Shown one piece after another: positions 16,740-21,642 of a stretch of DNA of 21,642 nt. The translations under genes were made by a program, and so were the position numbers. Each line of letters opens with the position of its first letter. The first letter of the stretch is position 1. Where the stretch lies: NCBI GenBank assembly GCA_044358425.1, contig CP054849.1, positions 1,315,395 through 1,337,036 on the forward strand, read 5' to 3'. The notes beneath the pieces were generated by a model that saw only the letters and a list, made by a program, of their open reading frames with translations, was not told the origin of the DNA and ran no database searches. The stretch comes from Marine Group I thaumarchaeote. Its GTDB lineage: Archaea; Thermoproteota; Nitrososphaeria; Nitrososphaerales; Nitrosopumilaceae.

Positions 16740-18086
16740 TCAATTGAGTTTATTTTTTTGGATTTCCATCATTCCTTCTTCAAAGAAGAATTTTTCATCA
16801 AATATGGGTTTTAAATCATCCAACCATATTGCATTTTCATCATATTTTGCGAAAAATGGCATATCTACCCAATCAGGATTTCGGCCTTGTATGAATCTCA
16901 AGACAATTACTTTCTGATCATTTACACTTGTAGTTCCCATTACATGGACTTTTCCGGGTGTTGCAGACATACTTGGTCCACGAACAGTTCTAGCTATTCC
17001 ACTAACCGAAGAATATGCTTTCTTAAAAATTTCATGCGCTTTAATTAAAGAAATTCCAAAGTAATGTTGAGCACCTGTATCTCTAACTACAAACATGTAA
17101 TATGGAATACAACCTAATTCAACTTGTTTTGTCCACATTTTTGCCCACATTTCTGCATCATCATTGATATGTGTTAAAAGAGGAGATTGAGTTCTAATTT
17201 GAGCACCTGTTTTTCTAAGTTCTTTAATTGCATCCTTTACAGCTGGTGTAGATAGTTCATTTAGATGATTGAAATGAGCCATAAATGCAAGATGCAAACC
17301 ACTTTCAGTGATTTTCTTAAAAACTTGTAACATTTCTTGAGAATCTGAATCTGTCAAAAACTTGTAAGGCCAATATGCAAGTGCCTTTGTTCCAATTCTA
17401 ATAGTTTTAAGATTTGGAAGATTTGCATCGATTATTGCATCAATATATTTTGAAAAGATTTTTGCTTTCATGATCATTGGATCACCTCCTGTAAATAATA
17501 CATCTGTAATTTCAGGATGTTCTCTAACATATTGAACCAGTTGTTCACCTTCTTGCATTGCAAATTTCATTTCATCCATTCCAACAAATTGTGGCCATCT
17601 AAAACAAAAGCTGCAATATGCATGACAAGTTTGACTTTGGCTGGGGAAAAATAAACAAGTTTCTTTGTATTTATGTTGCATTCCGTATAATTTTGTACCA
17701 TCATTTAATGTTGGAACATTAAGTTCCATTTGGCCTGCAGGATGTGGATTTAATTGTAATCTAATTTCATTTGCAATTTTAGTTATTTCTTTTTTATCAG
17801 CATTATTTTTTAATGCATCAGCCATCTTATCATAATGTTCAGGTTTTAACATTCCTTTTTGTGGAAATGTTAAAACAAAAATAGGATCATTTGGAATATT
17901 ATTCCAATCAATTAATTGTTCAACGACATAATTATTTGCTTTAAATGGCAATACATTTCCTACAACCTCCATCTCAAATTGTTTTTCTTCAGAAAGTTGT
18001 TGAATTTGTGGAAGTTGACGAAAATTTGATAATGTATATGATTTCATAGAAGGAGTTTCGTTCCAAATTGATTTTTGATAGGTCAT
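16740..18086 (-). CDS. KamA-family radical SAM/PLP amino acid 2,3-aminomutase-like protein
   Basis: QHKY, CHAYCSFCFR (CxxxCxxC), DVLFTGGDP, IRIGTK, HFNH, QSPLL, INDD, PYY, PGK (PLP Lys). ATG 18086 (MTYQK) preferred to the ORF-track start at 18170. Confidence 0.88.
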   Translation of the reverse strand: MTYQKSIWNETPSMKSYTLSNFRQLPQIQQLSEEKQFEMEVVGNVLPFKANNYVVEQLIDWNNIPNDPIFVLTFPQKGMLKPEHYDKMADALKNNADKKEITKIANEIRLQLNPHPAGQMELNVPTLNDGTKLYGMQHKYKETCLFFPSQSQTCHAYCSFCFRWPQFVGMDEMKFAMQEGEQLVQYVREHPEITDVLFTGGDPMIMKAKIFSKYIDAIIDANLPNLKTIRIGTKALAYWPYKFLTDSDSQEMLQVFKKITESGLHLAFMAHFNHLNELSTPAVKDAIKELRKTGAQIRTQSPLLTHINDDAEMWAKMWTKQVELGCIPYYMFVVRDTGAQHYFGISLIKAHEIFKKAYSSVSGIARTVRGPSMSATPGKVHVMGTTSVNDQKVIVLRFIQGRNPDWVDMPFFAKYDENAIWLDDLKPIFDEKFFFEEGMMEIQKNKLN

Positions 18087-18230
18087 TTTAAGATTAGTGC
18101 TGAAACCCTTGTTAAAGGTTACATCAATTGTAGGCACAAAATAATGAGTAATAATTGGTAGTTTTTTCAATATAATCCTGATCGCTTAACATTTTATTCT
18201 AGAAAATAGAACAAAGTAAGACGACAAATT

Positions 18231-19964
18231 ATGAGCGAAGACGATATTTCACAAATTTCTGTTGGCGAATTTGAAACTGTTTCACAATTATTGGCATCAT
18301 CAGAATCACTTCAATTAGCATTTATCATCATGATAGTTGGAATAATTGCAATTGTTGCTGCTTATAGAAAATTTTCGTCATTAATTAAATCAAAAAAAAT
18401 TTTTTACACTAGACCACATTTGTCAAAATTTGTACAAAATGCAGTATTACCATTTTTTGCAATTGCATTAATTTCATCAACAAATGCATATATTCAAACT
18501 TCAGAATTATTTGAAAATGATTCAAATTCATTAACAATGGAATTAACTCCAGAAGAAACTTTTGCAAAAATTCTCAATACTTTTAATATTTTAGTTATAG
18601 GCTATACCATTTCCCATTTAATTCCCATTATGCTTACAAAACGAGATAAATCAATTCTTGAAAAAGAAGATTTTGGTATGTGGTATGATATGCAAGGTTT
18701 TGTTGACGATAATGATCTTTTTCATAAATTATACAAATGGGTTGCACCAACAATTACACCAGAAGATTTTACTGATGAAGAATTTAAAAAATTATGTAAA
18801 ACAAAAGAAGGAATAAATCAATTAGAACAACATCGTAATTCAAAGGGAAATCCTATTGGAAGTTATGAAAAATTAGTCAATAATCCATTTGAAAAATGGA
18901 AAGAATCTGAAAGAGCAAAATATTTGAAATATTTTAACAACTGTGTTACTGGAAATAATCAATCAGGAAGAAAATTAAAACCAGGAGCAAAACCAGATGA
19001 AATATTTCCAATAGACATATGGAGAGAAGAGAAGAGAATCAATGGTTTTGAGCCATTAATTCCTAGTAATAGACCACCGGGATATGCACGAAAGAAAAGA
19101 GAAGGAATTCCTAAATCTTTTAAACAAATTTTACCAGTAGGAATTTTTGTTGCAACAATTTTAGGAATTGTATCATGGTGGGGAGTAGATTTGTTTGTAT
19201 TAGCAACAGCAACAGGCGGACTTGCAATTGGTATCGGTTTAGCTCTACAAGAAACAATGCAAAATTATTTTGCCTATTTGATGATTAGAAAAGACAATAT
19301 TTTCAAAGAAGGAGAAAGAATTCAATTAGAATCAGGGTATAACGGAATTGTTCATAAAATAACACCTAGAGTTACATATGTTAGAGATGCATTACATGAA
19401 TCAGTAGCAATAATTCCTACTAGACAGTTGGTGACAGCACAAATTATTAACTATACAAAAGAAAACAAACTTGTCCCAGCACTCGTTACAGTAGGTGTTT
19501 CATATCTCAATGATCCAAAACAGGTGGCAGCAATTTTAGTTAAAATTGGAAAACGTGGCATGGTTGAAATTAAAGATGCTAAAGGAAGACACCTAGTTCG
19601 ACAAAATAGATGTCCAAACTTGGATGAAAATAAATCAAGTTGTGGTTGTGATAAGGATTTACATGTAGATATTTCTCAACCAGTTGTACGATTTAATCAA
19701 TTCAATGATTCTGCTTTGGATTTTTCAATGTGGTTGTACGTAAAGGATTACGGTTCACAATTTAAGACAAAAACAGATCTAAGAATGATAATGTATGAAG
19801 AATTCAAAAAATATGATATTAGAATTCCATGGCCAATTAGAACTGTCTATCAAGGAGATGAGAAGAGAGAGCAAATAGAAATTGATGAAAAAGATGAATT
19901 TAGAAATAAAGTAATAGATGAATATGGATTAGGTGATTTAGCTCGTGGAGAAGGCGACGAATAA
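18231..19964 (+). CDS. MscS-family small-conductance mechanosensitive channel with large insertions
   Basis: GGLAIGIGLALQETMQNYFA pore helix, FKEGERI, GIVHKI, IIPT, IINYT, VGVSY, PVVRF, IRIPWP. Confidence 0.9.
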   Translation: MSEDDISQISVGEFETVSQLLASSESLQLAFIIMIVGIIAIVAAYRKFSSLIKSKKIFYTRPHLSKFVQNAVLPFFAIALISSTNAYIQTSELFENDSNSLTMELTPEETFAKILNTFNILVIGYTISHLIPIMLTKRDKSILEKEDFGMWYDMQGFVDDNDLFHKLYKWVAPTITPEDFTDEEFKKLCKTKEGINQLEQHRNSKGNPIGSYEKLVNNPFEKWKESERAKYLKYFNNCVTGNNQSGRKLKPGAKPDEIFPIDIWREEKRINGFEPLIPSNRPPGYARKKREGIPKSFKQILPVGIFVATILGIVSWWGVDLFVLATATGGLAIGIGLALQETMQNYFAYLMIRKDNIFKEGERIQLESGYNGIVHKITPRVTYVRDALHESVAIIPTRQLVTAQIINYTKENKLVPALVTVGVSYLNDPKQVAAILVKIGKRGMVEIKDAKGRHLVRQNRCPNLDENKSSCGCDKDLHVDISQPVVRFNQFNDSALDFSMWLYVKDYGSQFKTKTDLRMIMYEEFKKYDIRIPWPIRTVYQGDEKREQIEIDEKDEFRNKVIDEYGLGDLARGEGDE

Positions 19965-20011
19965 GAAAAATTTCTCAAAACTTAAGAATCCCTTCAAATC
20001 ATATTTTCTTA

Positions 20012-20890
20012 TTGAGTCAAATATCAGTTATTTCAGGAAAAACTTCAGAAGATTTAGCAAAGAAAATTGCTAAAAAAATAAAGGCAAATCTGGTTAAATC
20101 AGAAATTAGAATATTTCCTGATGGCGAAAGTAAAATTACCTTAATTGGAACAATTTCAAAAAAGAGATCAATTGTAATACAATCAATTTTTCCACCAGTA
20201 GATACCAATTTGATTCATACATTATCGCTAATCACAAAAGCAAAAGAAAATTCAGCTCAAGTGGATGTTGTAATTCCATATATGGGGTATGCTAGACAAG
20301 ATAGAGAATTTTTATCCGGTGAAATTGTAACAATGAAAGTACTTGCGAAATTATTCAAAGGAGCAGGAGCATCAAAAATAACTGCAATAGATATTCACAG
20401 TTTGATTGGATTGAAATATTTTAGTATCAAAACAGAAAATGTGACTGCAATTCCGGACCTTGTTAAATATTTTAAAAAATTGAGCCTAAAAAATCCATTA
20501 ATTGTATCACCTGATCAAGGTGGTAAAAAGAGAGCAGAAGAATTTGCAAAGGAATTAGATTCCGATTACATAGCATTAGAGAAAATAAGAGACAGAAAAA
20601 CAGGTAAAGTAAAAATTAAGACGAAGAATTTGTCTGAAGTTAAAAATAGAGATTTAATTTTAGTGGATGATATGATTAGTACTGGAGGTAGTATAATCAA
20701 AGCTACACAATTTCTTAAGAAACAAAAATCTAAAAGGATCTATGTTGCATGTACACATGCATTATTAATGAATAATGCAGAAAAGAAAATTAGAAAAGCT
20801 GGAGTAACAAGTATTATCAGTACAAATACAATTCCGGGCAAAACATCAAAAGTAGATATTTCAAATACTATTGCAAAGGCAATAGCGTAA
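20012..20890 (+). CDS. prs: Ribose-phosphate pyrophosphokinase (PRPP synthase, archaeal type)
   Basis: FPDGE, PYMGYARQDR, IDIH, SPDQGG, LVDDMISTGGS, ACTH, STNTI. Confidence 0.96.
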   Translation: MSQISVISGKTSEDLAKKIAKKIKANLVKSEIRIFPDGESKITLIGTISKKRSIVIQSIFPPVDTNLIHTLSLITKAKENSAQVDVVIPYMGYARQDREFLSGEIVTMKVLAKLFKGAGASKITAIDIHSLIGLKYFSIKTENVTAIPDLVKYFKKLSLKNPLIVSPDQGGKKRAEEFAKELDSDYIALEKIRDRKTGKVKIKTKNLSEVKNRDLILVDDMISTGGSIIKATQFLKKQKSKRIYVACTHALLMNNAEKKIRKAGVTSIISTNTIPGKTSKVDISNTIAKAIA

Positions 20891-21642
20891 TGCCAGAAAG
20901 TTTTTTTATTTTATCAAAAGAATATTTAGAACTTGGAATAGACGAAATTACTGCAATAACAAAAATGTTTGATCGATTTGCTAAAATAAAAATTATCTCA
21001 AATTTGATAATTGTTCAATCAAAAACAAATTGGAAAAAAATTTCTGAACGTGCTACATTTGTTAAAACATCTGGACAAATATTAAGAAAAATGTCAGGAC
21101 TTTTCTTGGATGAAGAAAATTTTCAGGTATTAAAAAATACACAAAGTTTTGTATGTAGAGTAATTAATTTGTCATCAAATCAATTAGATGTATTAGAGTT
21201 AGAAAAATCTATGGGAGACATGATATTAAAATTCACACAAGCAAAAGTGAATTTAAAAAATCCTGAAATTACAGTATATTTAATTTTCACAGACACAGAA
21301 AATTTTTTTGGTTTTTCAGAAAAAAATGAAAATAAAAAGCGACCTAAAAAATCCAAAAAATATCCTCATGAATTAGATTGGAAATTAACAAGAGTAATGA
21401 TAAATTTAACTGGATTAAAAAAAGGTCAAACTATATGTGATCCATTTTGTGGTACAGGCACAACATTACTTGAATCTGAGTCTATGGGCATTAACGCTAT
21501 TGGAATTGATTTTGATGAAAAAATGTGTAATTTGACAAGAGAAAATCTTGAATTAAATAATTATAATTCAAAAGTTTTGAAATCTGATTTTCAAGAATTA
21601 GTGAAAATTTCAGATAATTTTGATGCAATTGTAACTGATTTA
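20890..21642 (+). CDS. THUMP-domain SAM-dependent tRNA methyltransferase (Trm11/TrmG10-like), truncated by window end
   Basis: Not in ORF track. ATG overlaps prs stop (TAATG); MPESFFILSKEY...KVNLKNPE (THUMP)...MINL...CDPFCGTGTTLLE...GIDFD...DAIVTDL; open to window end. Confidence 0.85.
   Translation, partial: MPESFFILSKEYLELGIDEITAITKMFDRFAKIKIISNLIIVQSKTNWKKISERATFVKTSGQILRKMSGLFLDEENFQVLKNTQSFVCRVINLSSNQLDVLELEKSMGDMILKFTQAKVNLKNPEITVYLIFTDTENFFGFSEKNENKKRPKKSKKYPHELDWKLTRVMINLTGLKKGQTICDPFCGTGTTLLESESMGINAIGIDFDEKMCNLTRENLELNNYNSKVLKSDFQELVKISDNFDAIVTDL

Noticed and set aside
16109-16917. ORFs 16109-16411 and 16681-16917
   Set aside because: Alternative frame within glnA, and antisense to the aminomutase.
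20017-20208. 63-aa minus-strand ORF
   Set aside because: Antisense to prs.

Overview
An AT-rich (roughly 30% GC by eye), densely coding archaeal window whose gene content and protein styles point to a marine ammonia-oxidising archaeon (Nitrososphaerota/Thaumarchaeota, Nitrosopumilaceae-like; inference). Core genes: tyrS, cbiH, aspartate kinase, the rpoL-tfs-pcn cluster, glnA, prs and a partial Trm11-like tRNA methyltransferase. Also present: a partial dimeric dUTPase, an orphan MtrA-like corrinoid protein coupled to a DegT aminotransferase, a DUSP23-like phosphatase, a stand-alone Lrp ligand-binding domain, a Cys-less class V PLP enzyme, a dicluster ferredoxin, a J-domain protein with HSD instead of HPD, a KamA-family radical SAM aminomutase, an unusual MscS, and several membrane or secreted hypotheticals. 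No rRNA, tRNA, CRISPR array or mobile element was seen. Best leads: (1) a KamA-like aminomutase that appears to lack the lysine-binding aspartates, sitting between a variant glutamine synthetase and MscS, possibly a beta-glutamate/beta-glutamine osmolyte module; (2) a tandem pair of paralogous ~50-aa microproteins missed by the ORF track (9793-10102); (3) a perfect 13-bp direct repeat just upstream of the ferredoxin promoter. All functional calls come from motif recognition without database searches.
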